DNA from: Balanoglossus misakiensis
Lineage: Eukaryota > Animalia > Hemichordata
NCBI GenBank assembly: GCA_040954595.2
Contig: CM082593.2
Location: 776,759-840,758 of the forward strand
Length of the DNA stretch: 64,000 bases
Reading direction: 5' to 3'
Shown: one piece after another, positions 1-14,100 of the stretch
Layout of the letters: every line of letters begins with the position of its first letter
Position numbering within the stretch: position 1 is the first letter of the stretch
The notes under the pieces: generated by a model
The model's input: only the letters and a program-made list of their open reading frames with translations
Told to the model about the DNA's origin: nothing
Database searches by the model: none
Program-made: the position numbers and the translations under genes

Positions 1-401
1 AATTGAATTTATGGCCTGGGAAATATTTCATGATTTTTAGTGAGCTGATCTGCCACCAAGCTGATGGCGACAAGAGTGGTGATGATTGGCCATGTGATGT
101 ATTAAATATTAAAATTTGACGCACACTGGATCATGTCATTAATATACTGTATCAGTTTGCTCTTGCAATAATTTCTTTAAACCTTACAAACAATGATTCT
201 AAACTTTTGCATGCTTAAATGTGGTTAAAAAGGGTGTGTCTGTCAGAGTTTTTGAAAAACAATGCAGTGATACACTTTATTCTGAGTGGCCACCCAAGTG
301 AAAAGCTGTGATTGGCTAGATCTTCACTTTCTGCAGTCTCCCCAAAGTCCCTCTCTCCGAAATATCATATAGTCCAGCCCTTACAGAAATAGAACACTTA
401 C

Positions 402-487
402 TTGAAAATCAAGTCCATATTGCTGACAGTGCTGTTGTAGTTCAGGATATACATCTTTTAATAAGGCAAGCCTTTCATGTACCGTGT
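402..487 (-). CDS. NWD1/2-like: NWD1/NWD2-like NACHT-WD40 protein, coding exon 2 (DUF4062-like N-terminal domain); gene continues off the left edge
   Basis: Acceptor ttctgtttgatttacag|, donor CAA|gtaagt; 86 nt encoding (D)TVHERLALLKDVYPELQQHCQQYGLDFQ, matching the recalled NWD motif D-x-x-x-ER-x-AL-x-x-x-VYP-x-L-x-x-x-C-x-x-x-GL-x-FQ. Phase-1 join with exon 16655-16778 restores the GAC (Asp) codon. Confidence 0.88.
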
Positions 488-1962
488 CTGTAAATCAAAC
501 AGAATTGTCCAGTGTTAATTTCTTTTATTGGTATACCTGTACCTTCATAGTATATGAAACAGTTTCGAATTAACTGTTTTCAATCTGATTCATTTCAGTG
601 CAAAGTCAACCTGTAACATAGTGAACCCATAAAGAGAAAATTATGTGATAAATTTTTTATATTTGATTCAAATTCTTGGGAATTATAAAAATGTTTAATG
701 TGTCACTGGGAATTACATTTCATATTGCATGTTTTTGTTTATGGGCGGAAATCCTTTTTGCATACACCAATTCAAGCTGCATGGTTGCTAACAACAAACC
801 GGCAGTTGTTATAGTAACCACTGTCTGTGTGTCCAACAGGTTTTATCAAATTGCTATTACTCTATAAACCATGAGCCCCGTACTATGCCGTTTCAATCAA
901 CACTGAAATCAATTGAAATCCACAGACACATTTCTCGATTTAATTACTACTCAGACTATGAACCACAAAGAGTGATACATTATGTGAAAGTGGGAAATAG
1001 AATTTCAAATTCTGTATTGCATTCCTTGACTGCGAGATACTCAAAGCAAGAATGATTGAATCCGCAAACCAATTGACGCCATCAGATGGAAAAGAAATTC
1101 TGTGAAGAGAAATAATCGAACACTCTAATACGGATGTGGTCGAAACATATTTTTACGTCATATACCTAATGGAAAGGATCTTTGGGTGATCTCATAGATA
1201 AATCATATTTTAATGCTGTAACAGTCCAAACCTTCAAAGTTATAAGTTGTATTTTTATCTGTGAAGGATTTCTTCTGAACGTAAAATGCATTTTTTATGT
1301 TGGATTGGCAAGCCATGTAATAAATCATTTAGTCCTGAATATCTCCTTCTGCTGTTGCGTTTAATAGCAAATGCGAAATCCCACTATTGCCTCAGGAATT
1401 CAAATTTGAAGGACTCTGAAATAAAAGTATTCTTAATAAACTGCACCAACTTAAAATCTGTTGCAGAATGTCATATGTTGATTGAACATAGTTTTATATG
1501 AATGCAGTGTACCGGTAGGATGGTTAATAATTTGTTGACTTCAACAAGATGCACTGGCTGTTACTGTTTTGTAATGGTGATGACATATAAATCCGAAAAA
1601 CCTGATTTTGACAGACTGGTTCTTTTCTCTCAGGCTAAAACTATTATAGCAAACACAAAACATGCAATTTCAAGAAAGCCTGAACCCAATCAGAGGGATT
1701 TCATAATGTCACATCATCGGGGAAATTATCAGTAAACTGCTACTTGACTCTTGACAGTAATACAACTCAAACTCAAACTCCAAGTAGAGTCTGGTTTTTA
1801 TTTCCACCAAAGGGCAGATCTGGTCACATGTCACCAATTCTTCGAATAGTCAAGTAGCAAAAGGAAATTCCAGACAGACTAAAGAAGTTTGGATTTCAAG
1901 TTTCAATTTTATTGAAGACAAAAAGGTCAGGATCTAACGTGTGAGTGCAACACATCAAGTGA

Positions 1963-2110
1963 GTGTATTGATGATATTGACATCAAACGACATTATTGAT
2001 GGCATGTATTTCGAGTATGTGACTTCAATTACTGGTAAGAGGTGTATTGATGCTTGTGGACGTCAAGAGATGATATTGACGGCATGTTTTCTAGAGACTT
2101 CAAATACTGA
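1963..2110. repeat. Degenerate tandem duplication, about 80-bp period
   Basis: GTGTATTGATG...ATTGA(T/C)GGCATGT...GACTTCAA.TACTG occurs twice. Confidence 0.6.
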
Positions 2111-2228
2111 GAAAATCTTCTTAGACAAGCTGCACAGATCAGAAGATGGACACATTTGTCTCACTTTGACATTTATTCTTTCCAATTACAGCTTCAGTGT
2201 AAGGTTTTTAAAAGAATGTAGTAAAAAA

Positions 2229-2294
2229 ATCGAAGCATACAGAATGAAAAACAAATTAAACATCGAATCATACAGAATGAAAAACAAATTAAAC
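2229..2294. repeat. 33-bp tandem duplication
   Basis: ATCGAA(G/T)CATACAGAATGAAAAACAAATTAAAC x2. Confidence 0.9.
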
Positions 2295-5200
2295 AAAACA
2301 AACAATCAGTGAGATCTATGATGACATGCCACTGACTATCACTTACATCACTAATAAATGCAAACAGCCATATTAACTGGTAAACGCCATAAAATGGTCT
2401 CATTAATTTCATTATTACTAACAAGATAAAGTCTGCATTGAAAACATTATCCATGTACAGAAAAATGAAATTGCCCTCTGATGTTGTACTTTACACTTAA
2501 AAGATGATACTTTATAAAATTGTTTTCAATTTTCCCAGACGATAGAATGGTACATGGAAAGGAAATATTATTTCATTATATTTACACATTCATAAATGTT
2601 ACATACAGTTCGACAATAGCCAATGGTTTGATATCTCTCCAAGACTCAGAAAATCCAGACTCTGTTTACTAGTTGCTATGGTAGCATTGGAGGGAAGGGC
2701 CCACATTGATGCACACAGCCCAATCACCATAGCGACAATGACATCAACTATAGAAGACTTTCATAAAAAGGTTAGCTGGATGCATCACACAGTCAGAGAT
2801 TTACAGTCTAGATAAATATCTTTTACAGCTTTCAATCACTATGTGGTTTGAATAAGAGATTGTTCAGGGATGAAAGTGCTAAGCTGTGTAGCACTGCAAT
2901 AAAATTTATTCAATGTTATATTTGGATTATTTTTATTACAGCACTGGTCTCTCTCTAACATCAGATTATAGTTGAATAAGAGATCTAATACATATCTCAT
3001 AGTCCTCATCATTTCTATCTGATCCAAGAATTCCTAATCTAGTGGTGCTTATGTTTGTCCGTCTTACTTTCACTCAATTGCTTTTAACAGCTACAATAAT
3101 GGCAGCCATTATTTTTTTAATGAAATTGCACCAGAAGAACATTTGCTTGCAGATGTATATAAGTGTGTAAACTGGCCCAGCTGTAGTCATGTTCACTTTG
3201 AGGTTGGATGTGGTGAGCGTGAATTAACGCACCAGACCAATGGACAGGAACTTCATTAAATATTCATGATATACATTGTATTTCCACGTAGGTTGCCAGA
3301 ATTATACTAATTTGTCTAATGTCCTTCAATAATCAGGAACAAGTTGTCAGTTTAGAAAAGTCTGTGGTTGCCTGGCTATATACCGTACACTCGCAGAATG
3401 TGACACACACAAATTTGATCATATTGCATCTTACAAGAACAATACTTTGCAAGTTATTTAAACATTTTTAATATTTGTAAAGGCCATAATAAATGACACA
3501 GATCCTTAAAGTTTATTATAGGTGAGTAGAACGATAATATATTGGTTTAAACATGAAAGGCAAGGGGAAATTGGCAATTTGTAAGGCAAGTTCATTAAAC
3601 ATTAAATAGATCTGAAATATTTATAAACATGAAACGCAGTCGAGTGCAATAAAGCAATTAGACAATTACTAATACATACACACTGAAGTGTTTCTGGCGA
3701 ATTTTTCATGAAATGTGATCTTTTGAGTTAATTATTTATGAATATTAAAATGCCTTGCAGCAGCATCAAGATATATATTATGATAAAACCAAGCACTTAA
3801 TTATTTTCCTTGAGCCAAGAATAAACGCAATGGAATCATTCTGATATGATTTGTAACACCTGCAGGCCTAGGTAAGAAATATTAGCAAAGCGGCGATACC
3901 ATCTAGATGGAATGAAAGGCTCTTTTGTGCAACTATGGGATTTGACGTTAGTCATGTGCCCTGCACACAAAAAATGATGATGTCAGCAATGTACCCTGCT
4001 GGTCTACACAATAACTGATGATGTCAGCAGCATAATTTCCTTCAAAGGCTTTAGGTATCAAAATACCATTTTAATATATCAAAGTTTGCATGGGATGACT
4101 AAAAAGTGAAAATTATCAAAGTCCTTTAAATTATTTTTAGCTGGGAAACTGAAGTTATGAATAATGCATTGTTCCAAGTTTCCAGGAATGACGTCGGTCT
4201 TTGAGGTACTTAACACAGTTTGATGAAAGATGAATCTTTAATCCACAATAAAGCAGCATTATTCATATCTGCGACCATTAAATTTGCGCTTTTTCCTAAA
4301 GGGACATATAGCTCTAACTATTTTTGTCAAACTCTGCATCAGCAATTTTACCGTGACTACAGTCCCCCCTTTGGTGCTTATAACCAGGTGTGGTTCAACT
4401 AGCAATTCTCAAAGTCTGGACGAAACGCCGCAGACATCTTCAATAAATTAATTATATACTTGGGCATTACAAAATGTCACTATCTGCAGGGCAGTGCAAC
4501 GCTGTAATGGCATTAAGCCTTTGTAGAATTGAAAACAATGCATTAAGAGCACCCAAGCAAAGTGGTTCTTGGCCGTTGTCAACCGTCATTTCTGTTCTTC
4601 TTCTGAGATGAGGATTAAACTCTCTTCTGATATATAAAATGAGTATTATGGTTGAAGAAGCATTGTGTTTTTATCATAAACATGAAAGCTTACAAGACAA
4701 ACACCTGCGGGAATTTCAGGCGCCAAGGAAGATAGACATGATATTTTTCACATGTCGCTTAGAAAGACATAAACTACTACCGATAGGAGTGAAATTTGAA
4801 CGGAGGACAGCAATAATCGACGAAATCAGAAAATTCAACTCGTGTTGCAAAGTATTATGCCGAGTTAATTCCAGGCGACCACTGTACAAAAACACCTGAG
4901 TTGCACCTGATTCTTTGAAGAACTTCTGGAGGATGTGCACGAGCACAGGTTCGCTGGTAACTAGGCAACTGATCAAATCAAGATGAGGATCCCACAATGT
5001 CTCTGCCTAAGCACTGTAAAACTGTCGGGCCTGAAGCACGTATTTTATTCAATTTTCAGGGTCATATTCTTGTGGCGCTGGCAAGTGAAGATGTGTTCCT
5101 CTTTCTCTCTCTCCCTCCCTCCAATGAAAGACTTGATAACCATATGGCTAAACAAGGCCCTGTAACCTCTACCAATAATGCAGACAGAAACGTGAGACAC

Positions 5201-7938
5201 AGCAGTCTCCTTCCCTCAGGGATTCTGTTTCTGTATATCTATGCTACAATTCATCTGATCCATCGAATACAACAAGGGAATATCTATCCATGTTGTTGAA
5301 AGGTTAACACATCATCCACCCTGATTTCCTCTAATCCAATGTCTGAATAAAGTTTTCAGAGTCATGGACTTTTCTCACATAATATTCTGTTTGGACTACT
5401 TTCAGGAAATAACTTGTAAAGAACAGCAATTATTGAATTGATTGAAAATTTCCCATGTCAATGAAATCTGGGCTGCAATATTAGCTGTTAATTTCAAAGA
5501 GGACTAAATTTCAATAACCATTCAATTTTCCATTAATCAATGGTCTTTTGAAGCTTATCAAAAAGTCAAAAGGTCATGTGTAGCAGGGATATACTGTACC
5601 GGTAGTTCAATCCCAGCTGTAGCCATTTATTGACATTGAAAAGAAAACCATTAATTTCCAATTATTGCATGGTATGCAGTTCAAATTTATCTATTGATCT
5701 CTCAGTCTCACCAAAGATGACTTAAACTAACAGACATCTGAAAATAGATAAATGTGAACAAATCATCATGGAAAGTGTGTATACACATACAGTTGTCTTC
5801 AGCCAGGAGTTTTCTCCTTTAAATATGCTTGTGAAAGTACTTCTTTACAGTAAATGGCATAGGTCATGAAGCTCTGTCACGTTTCGATCAAATTTAACAT
5901 TAAACCAAACATGTACACACCTGGACACTTAGAAAATCTGACGCCTAATAACCCGGTCTAGTCATGTTAATGGCAACAATGTTTGCATTTCTACGTCTCT
6001 TAAAACTTAATGCACAGAAACTCGTCAATTAAATTTCCACAAAAAGTAGACAGAAATCACTTGGCAAAAGTATAAAGTGGTTAATTTTGAGCCATTATCA
6101 AGTGATTTAGTTTCCCAACAACGGTTTTCAGGAATATTCCCTGATGTATAGGCAGGTGTTCAAATGGAAGGTGTGAAATTAATGAGAAATTGTTTGCGGA
6201 AAAGACAGAGTCCATGATGGAAGGTAAATGATTAGGGAACATGGCTAGGAGGTGAACAGTCATTTTGATGTTATTATTCATGCATCACACTCCCCAGGAA
6301 ATGTGGCTCCTGCAAAAACAGGGCAAATGGAAATTTTGGTTCTTGTTTTAAGCCTTCCAGGTTGACATGAAGCAATCAGATTCAAATCAGATGTAGCAAA
6401 TAATTATGATAAGTCTTATATCTACCGTACATGTACATGTAGTACTAGGCAGGTAACGGCATGAGCTAGAAAGGGCTTGAGACAAACAAACAAATAGATG
6501 GAAAGATGAATACAACTGGTGAAAAACACCACATTCATACATGTACGCTTCAGTCTGTTTTTGATCTATAAAATGACTGAAAAGATTACGTTGCAATGAA
6601 ACTCGCGTGACTTGATTGTAATATAATAGGTCATGTGGTTTATCAGCAATGCAATAAATACGCAAACTGCGATCTTATAATTTATCTGAGGCATATTCTA
6701 AAGAGAACAAAGACACTGAAGGATATTCTGTCTTCTTAAAACGACACATACAAGTAGATCATATATATTTTGTCATTATTCCGTGCATAATATTTGATAA
6801 AATGTGTTATGATCACGAGTCAAACTCCTTCATCTCAAGATATGTGATAACTAGGTCACTGTACAAGGGTCACACAATGTTCAAATGTTTTCCAATCTCT
6901 CAAAGTGTACGTGCATATTCAACTAACTCTCCAATATCCCAAGGCTAATTAAATCTATCAATATCATGTACGAATACGCTTCTTCTAAAATTGATGCAGA
7001 TTAACCAGTGGAGCAAGACATAATGTTACTAGCATAGTTTCATACCAGACAAATTGAAAATGTCATTACATTTCACAAATTTCCAGTGGTACAGATAGGA
7101 ACCGACAGAACCAAAAAAAGTCAGCTCCTTAGACTCATTAATGTTTCATGATCATTTTCATTACATCTGTATCAACAATTATAATGACTGACAAAAAAAT
7201 ATGAAGTTTTAATATCCAAGGTATGATTGTATGGCAGCTGAAGCATTTATTCTCCATGGCAACCAATATAGGGATTTACAGATGAAATATAAGTTGTGTC
7301 AGAACTTTTCAGAGTTTTCTATGAAACATCCAGAAAGCAATTGCACATAGCAGAATTGTTACATTCACCAAGCATTTTAAAAACTCACGGCTGACCCTTC
7401 TAAACCCTTATGTGCTTGTATTAAATGCAAAAAATTCCTTTGTAGTAAACACAAGGAAATTATTCATACAGGAATCAATACCACTGATGAAAAATAATTT
7501 CAAAAACCTGGATCCCTTTTCAAAAAAGGCATACTGCCAGAGGAGGAACTGTGAAAGTACTCTGCTACTGAAAAGCTGCTGACATTGTGTCTTGTATGTA
7601 CACACACACACACTTTAAAGATGACCCACACTTAGTTTAATTGCATTAGGCTGAGCAAAGGTGGATGGAACAAGATACTTGCATGAACACAGAGTGCATT
7701 TGATAAGACACTCACCAAATTCATACCAGCGGTGTTTTGATCATGCTACTTTAGAGAGAGAACTGCATGTGAATCAATCCCTTAATAATCACCTCCATCT
7801 CTTTTAAAACATATTCCATTAACAATGTAAGGTTACTCTGAGGTGTTGACATGATGTTGATATTCGATGTATAGGTTCACCACAGGCAGACCATTACAGT
7901 GAGATATACCCTTGAAGTCTGGCATGCTTGCTGATATA

Positions 7939-8146
7939 CTGTGAAACGGGTTATTTTCACGAGCAATAAATGTTCGCGAAATACGCGAGAGCCAAAAAAC
8001 GTGAAAATGAAACGTCACGTAAAATGTTTTTCGAAGATAACGATGGAGTTAGTGGATTACGAAAACACGAAAATAAATCCTCGCGTAATAGTTGCCACTT
8101 TTGAAATCGTGAAAATTTCCTTTCATGAAAATAACCCGTTTTACAG
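7939..8146. mobile_element. MITE with TA target site (Tc1/mariner-pogo-like, non-autonomous)
   Basis: Terminal inverted repeats CTGTGAAACGGGTTATTTTCA ... TGAAAATAACCCGTTTTACAG flanked by TATA on both sides; CpG-rich interior; no transposase. Confidence 0.85.
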
Positions 8147-11100
8147 TATACTTCAGTGTGGGAGTATTTCTGCTATTACACTGCCATATCGCCTGCAGTC
8201 ATGTGAACAGAGACAGGAAATGTAGATCTTGATTGTGCGTGGATACAGTATAAAGCCTGCAAGGGATCTTGTAGCCTAGTGTCTTAAACACCACATAGTA
8301 TACCGTACACCTCTCATATGTTGCACTATGCTTGTTCTGTATATTACACACCCAAATGGACGACGCGACAGTGGTTTCACACGCTCTGTTCAATTAGTCA
8401 CTCCTTCTGAACGCAAAACTCTACCATTCAGTATTTTACACCACACGAAACTATTTTTTTAAAGCAAATACATGTACATCCGGCGTCCATGATATTTTTA
8501 TAATTTAAATGAGACATCTGGTGCAATATTATCCCCTATCTCATCTTGATGTATGCATCCATCAAAAACAACAAAATGGCCAACATTATGATAGTCGGAA
8601 GGGATTAAACTATTACGAAGTCCATTAGAATACATCTACTAAACTCCCTAATGGATTTTAAATCTCATATTACTAAATTATGATGAGGTAATGTTATAAT
8701 TCCAAGTAACAGACCATTTCTTATCCTCATTAATAAATAAATAAGTAAATAAATAAATAAATATTATTTAAGCATGCATTGCCATAATGCAGTAGAGGAT
8801 TTGATTGAGATAAAACCAAAACATTTAAATCATTGGTAATTGGAGTATTAGAAGTAAGTATTACATCTTACTAGCAATGGTAGTATTTTGACTGAGCTGT
8901 ATTTTTTTACAATTATACTGACATTTGCATTTTATGGTAGCATATCATTATTAAGGTGGGTGGAATCACTATTCAATGACTTTCCAGGATGGGTTTCAAA
9001 TTTCTAAGATGATTTCCAGGAATGCATAGAAATTCTGATAACGTATGAAATCCTTGCAGGCGAAAATAATCATTTCACCGGAAATTATGTTGAAAGCTGG
9101 CGACTTTATTGCTTTTAAGAGTGAAATTTGGCCTGAATCATCATGTAAATTGCAGCACCCCCCTTATTGCAAATCTATTTCTGATCTATTTCTGATTATT
9201 AGGCTGGATTTACGCAGTGTTTCTGGTCCACACTTACTGATGCAGAAAATGCGAATTTGTGACATAAAAATGAAACAACATACTGTTTTTAATTGGTGAG
9301 TGAGTTTTGTGCTATCAATAAGGATAAAGATTACAATATAGTGACTATTATAACATGACAGAAGCAAAAACTATGATTTTAATGAATGCTGCATGATCTT
9401 ACAGAGAAAAGCTGGTATAATTGAGTGTGTATACAGCTACTGTGTTTGGCAATTATCCAGAGTGCGGCTGACATCAAATTTTGTTTGGACAATAAGTTAC
9501 CAAGACATCTGTTACATCTTTTTTGTTTGTTTTAAATTTCCAATTCTCTTTACTCGGTTTTATTCCACTTCAAGCTTTCTCGAATAATTTTTTTTAATTT
9601 TTTGGGTCATGCCTCTCGACTTATAAAAAAGCCAGCAAATTTTACTCGACTACACTTGCTGATTTCAGAAATAACTGCTAACAAATAAATGTTGCACCAA
9701 ATTTCAAAGTGGTCAGACAGCAGAATTTGTTGCACGGGCAACTTTAGTTTCTATTCGATACAACATGTATATCATATGCTTCGTGTTCACAATTCTTTTG
9801 ATTCTGCCGATCTCTGTGTAAAGCTCCAGTTCACACAGAACCCTCCTTCACCAGATTCTCTCCACTTCAAACTCACTCCTCTCATTGCATTTCACATCTT
9901 TCAATTTCACTTGTACTACTTCAGAAGACTCGTCACTGTCAGGCGATTGTCATTCAACTCAATAACATACATGCATTTCATTATGCTTCATGCCAAAAGT
10001 TCCCTATTAGCATCGACCCAAATATGATCGACTGACCTTGACATTTCCAATTCCAGTTGACACAAATTCGCCAAGTCAATTGGACTAGTCAACTTCAGTC
10101 AGTATCATTACTTGACTTATTCTTCGATTGAGACAGAAAAATTTTCTTCATTACAAGACACAATCATACACACACCGAGAAGAAATTAGCTTTAGGGAAA
10201 TCAATTTAGCAATAACGAAATTTTCCTCTGGGGGAGGGAAGGGTCAGAATAAGAAAATGAGAAAATTATACGTTTTCACATCCATCAATTTTTTATGATC
10301 ATCCAATCTAAAGCTAGAAGTCCATATCATATCATGTGATGTACGTAATAAATGAGATGGTATTTGACACTCTAACTTTATGTAATATGCCACTTGATTC
10401 CCTAGCACATGGTTCACTGCTTTGAAGGCCTTAAAGGCTGATGATCATCTCATGCGCATGTGCGTTATTTTGTGCGTATAAACATTACGTCCAATCCAAA
10501 TGTTCTGCACATTTTATGTTCGACACATTCAAATAGTGGACTGCATTTGCTTCCTTCCAACATTTCATGCATACTGTATACATAGACTTTAGTTTTGTCT
10601 CTTCTTTTCACCCAATTTGCCGTCTTTTCCCGCGATTTCAATTGCTTTTCCAGCTTTTGTAATTAAAAGTAGGTCTTGCCCAGAACACCTTGACGTTTGT
10701 TCCAATGACACTCAGCTCATTTCAAGGGAAGGGGTCGTCGCGCCACGTGGGTGTCCCCCCCCCCCTCCCATACCAGCACAAACCCCACTGCAGTCGCCAC
10801 GACCTACTACCGGTAGGATCTTCAGTTGCTGTCATGCCCAGTCTACGCTAGAGATGACCCCTTCACTTTAAGGAAATCCCTCATAACTTTCATACAAATA
10901 CATATTTTTATAAGCTTCCAGGTGACATGCTGAAATGTCATAATTTTTCCACATGATACCCTAAGGAAAAGAAACAAATTAAATTACAGAAAGTTAGATT
11001 TGTTTCAGATATAACAGAAGACAGAAAGCAAAACTACTTCACCAGCTCAGGGTTGCCGATAGCAACAGCTAAAATATGTCAATGTATTGAAATGCTAGCA

Positions 11101-14100
11101 TGAAAACAGTTTGTAAATTGATTTATGCACTTAATATTATAGATTAAATTCCCTGTTACAGATGACTGATTTCGCCATAGATTTCATATGTCAGAGTTCA
11201 TAAATGTAGACTCAATTAATCGTAATGTGAATTTCTTTAAACGTGCAATATTGAAATCTCGTCACAGAATGTGTATACATTTTAACATTTCTAAAACCGC
11301 TCCAGATAAATTTGTCTGTTTATAAGGAGAAAACCTGTACCACCACGGGAATTCTTGCTTAAATAATATAACATCTATTTTCACTGTCAAGGTAACAGCA
11401 TTTTAAGGCAAAAACTAAGTTGCAATGTGAAGCTCCCACATATGGTCGATCAACGGTTTCAATCAAGCGATTGAATTTAATAAGATCCAATATAGCTTAT
11501 AACCTATGAAGGCTGCCATGTCTTGCCATGCCATGATGGTCTTCATGGCAACAGGTGCGAGACAAAAAAGTCAAATTATGGCTGACAGGGCAGTGTACTA
11601 TATGTGCATCTCAAATCAACAACTCAAATTTCCTTTAAAAGCATCAAGTTGTGCAAATGTTCGATGGCAAAATAAATAGAAATGTCTGTGAGAACATATT
11701 TGCTCTGATATGTGAGTGCAGCTTTCGTGCTGATCATGGCAAATATTTTTTTTTGTAATAATATCAACATAGTATCAAGCCATTTTATGATTTTACTGTT
11801 TGTCTATCATCGGCTTCTTCAGTAAATTTACATGGCTTGATGACTGCTCAAATAGTGGCTGTAGTTGCTATGGAGATAGATGTGCTCAGTTATAAACACT
11901 TGCCTTGTACTGTAGTGATAACTTGCTTTCAAGGTGGATCTTGAAGTCAGACTTGTCATTTTGATAAGATAAGCAAACATTTCTGTACCTTCAAAACAGC
12001 CTAGGAGTTTTTGCAAGAAAGGCATTGATAAGGCAAGCCTTTCTTATCACCAGAACATTAACGATATGTCTCCAATCTCTTTAGTGGAAATGATTTCAAT
12101 ATTACAAGTTTCACAGAGTAGTAGTTTGAATAACACTTTATGAAACAGTTTCACATGTATGTTTTAATTTTTAAAATTTTTATTTTTCACTTTGGTTTTC
12201 TGTATCTATTGAAAGAAGTAGTGCCATATTACCGCACCGAGTAAAATCCCCGCAGCCAAACCACTTTTGAATGATTATAAATTCTTACAGCCCTGCAAGT
12301 TTTCAGATAACATAGCACAGCCTGAAAATCAAATGAGGGTCATCAGTCTGTAACTTAAATGCTCTTCAAAATTTTCCTCAAAGACTTCTCAACCAAGGCC
12401 CCAGATATTCATTAAAAGTATTCCATCTTCTGTCAGGGTATTTTTTAATGACTGCCATCTTCTTTGACAATTGCAGATTTCCATGGAAACTATTTAATTT
12501 TTTATGAGAGAGACTACAATTTAACCCCAGTGATGCTTTGGTGTTGATTGTTAAAAACAGATTTTTACCCAGGAACAGAGGCAGTGAGTGAATAAAAAGA
12601 AAACGTATTGATCAGAAAAATGTCACTACAATTCAAGTGCATAGACTTTCCAATTATTTGCTTTTCACATCCACAGAGAACAACGCATGCAAAACCAATG
12701 TCAGACAGCCAGACTTCAGAGTCTCAGCTTTCATAGCAATAAAATATAATTACACTTTCAAAACCTAAATGTCAGTCTATATTTCATAGCGGGACAGGCC
12801 AGCTCACATAGAAGATTAAAGAGCAAAAGTTACTTTCATTTTGATACATCAATAATGTTGCTGCCATGGCAACTCATCTGTCCACCCACACACACACACA
12901 CACACAGGACAGTCAGATAAACGGAAACTGAACCAATCGACGCATTTCAAAAATATTAACATTGATCATGACATCTGTTCAGGTGCAAGTCAAAAGATTT
13001 TTGTCACCTCATTTTGTTTTGCTTCTCAGTCTGAAGATCATCTTAGGCTTGTTGACTTTGAGAGTACAAGACCGAAGCAGAAAAATATTCCCTAATGCAA
13101 AATCATCGTGACTCGACAAGAGCTGGCTTTAATTCTGACATGTCAAACCTACATGTACCTACGAGATTTGTTACAACTGTAGAAAGATTAGTAGATACAT
13201 AAGGCAACTGATCAGCCTGAAGAATGTATGCCTATAAACATTATATTACAACTATTTTGACTGACATTTAAAAGTTGAGAGGCTGCATTTTCAAAGTTTC
13301 TTTTTGTACATACACTCAATCATGTGAGCGAACATTGAAGTCAGCAACTGACGAGTTTCTCAGCCTATTCCAATGTTTAGTCTCTCCAGATAATAAGCTA
13401 TATCGATTATCATTATACTTTGAGATATTCTCCTATCACCATCTTTTATCAAGAGACAAAAGACCTCTTCAATATTGGTTGCCATGGCAAGAGAAAGCTG
13501 TAGTCATATTGAGATAACCCAAGTACTGCCGTGTCTTGTCTCCTAAATGGCATTTTACAAAATGAAAGTAGTTTATGTGAATACTTACTAATAGGTAAAT
13601 CAATCAAAACCATCTGGGTAAATATATCTGTAGCATTCTTCACCTCCTGTCCATTGTTTAACCTGACACTTCAAGAGACCCAAAGTTTCTCTGGACTGAA
13701 TGTCGTAGAATGTTCCAAGCTACAAACTGCACTGGATAAACGATGTCATACACTCAAATTGGAGCTACAATCTCAATTCTAACAGTGCTAAAACACTCGC
13801 CAAATTTGCAGTATAAATGTGTTATACTACAGCCACTTTTGGGGTCTTCGTTTAAAGGTAAAAGTCCTTAGTACATGTTTATGATCATCTTGAAATTCTT
13901 AGTGGTGTAATTACACTATGATGCTGAACATTTTAGTTCAATGTTCATGGTGTGCCAGCTGAACAGCTTGTTTCATCTTCATCACCTATTCACATGATTC
14001 AAGGTTCAACATATGTTCATAAAATGCTACTTTACTGCAAAGAGGAGTCTTTTATAAATAATACATTCTTTTATGCTGAAAGTGTTCAACAAAAATGATT

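Noticed and set aside
1941-2312. 123-aa ORF with an internal repeat
   Set aside because: Explained by two local tandem duplications; GTG start, no protein-like features, antisense within the NWD intron.
5601-5625. B-box-like GTTCAATCCC
   Set aside because: No A-box or cloverleaf; not a tRNA.
7941-8225. 94-aa ORF
   Set aside because: Runs through the MITE; no transposase motifs.
12028-12043. ATAAGGCAAGCCTTTC identical to part of NWD exon 2 (461-476)
   Set aside because: Similarity does not extend and there are no matching splice sites; probably chance.
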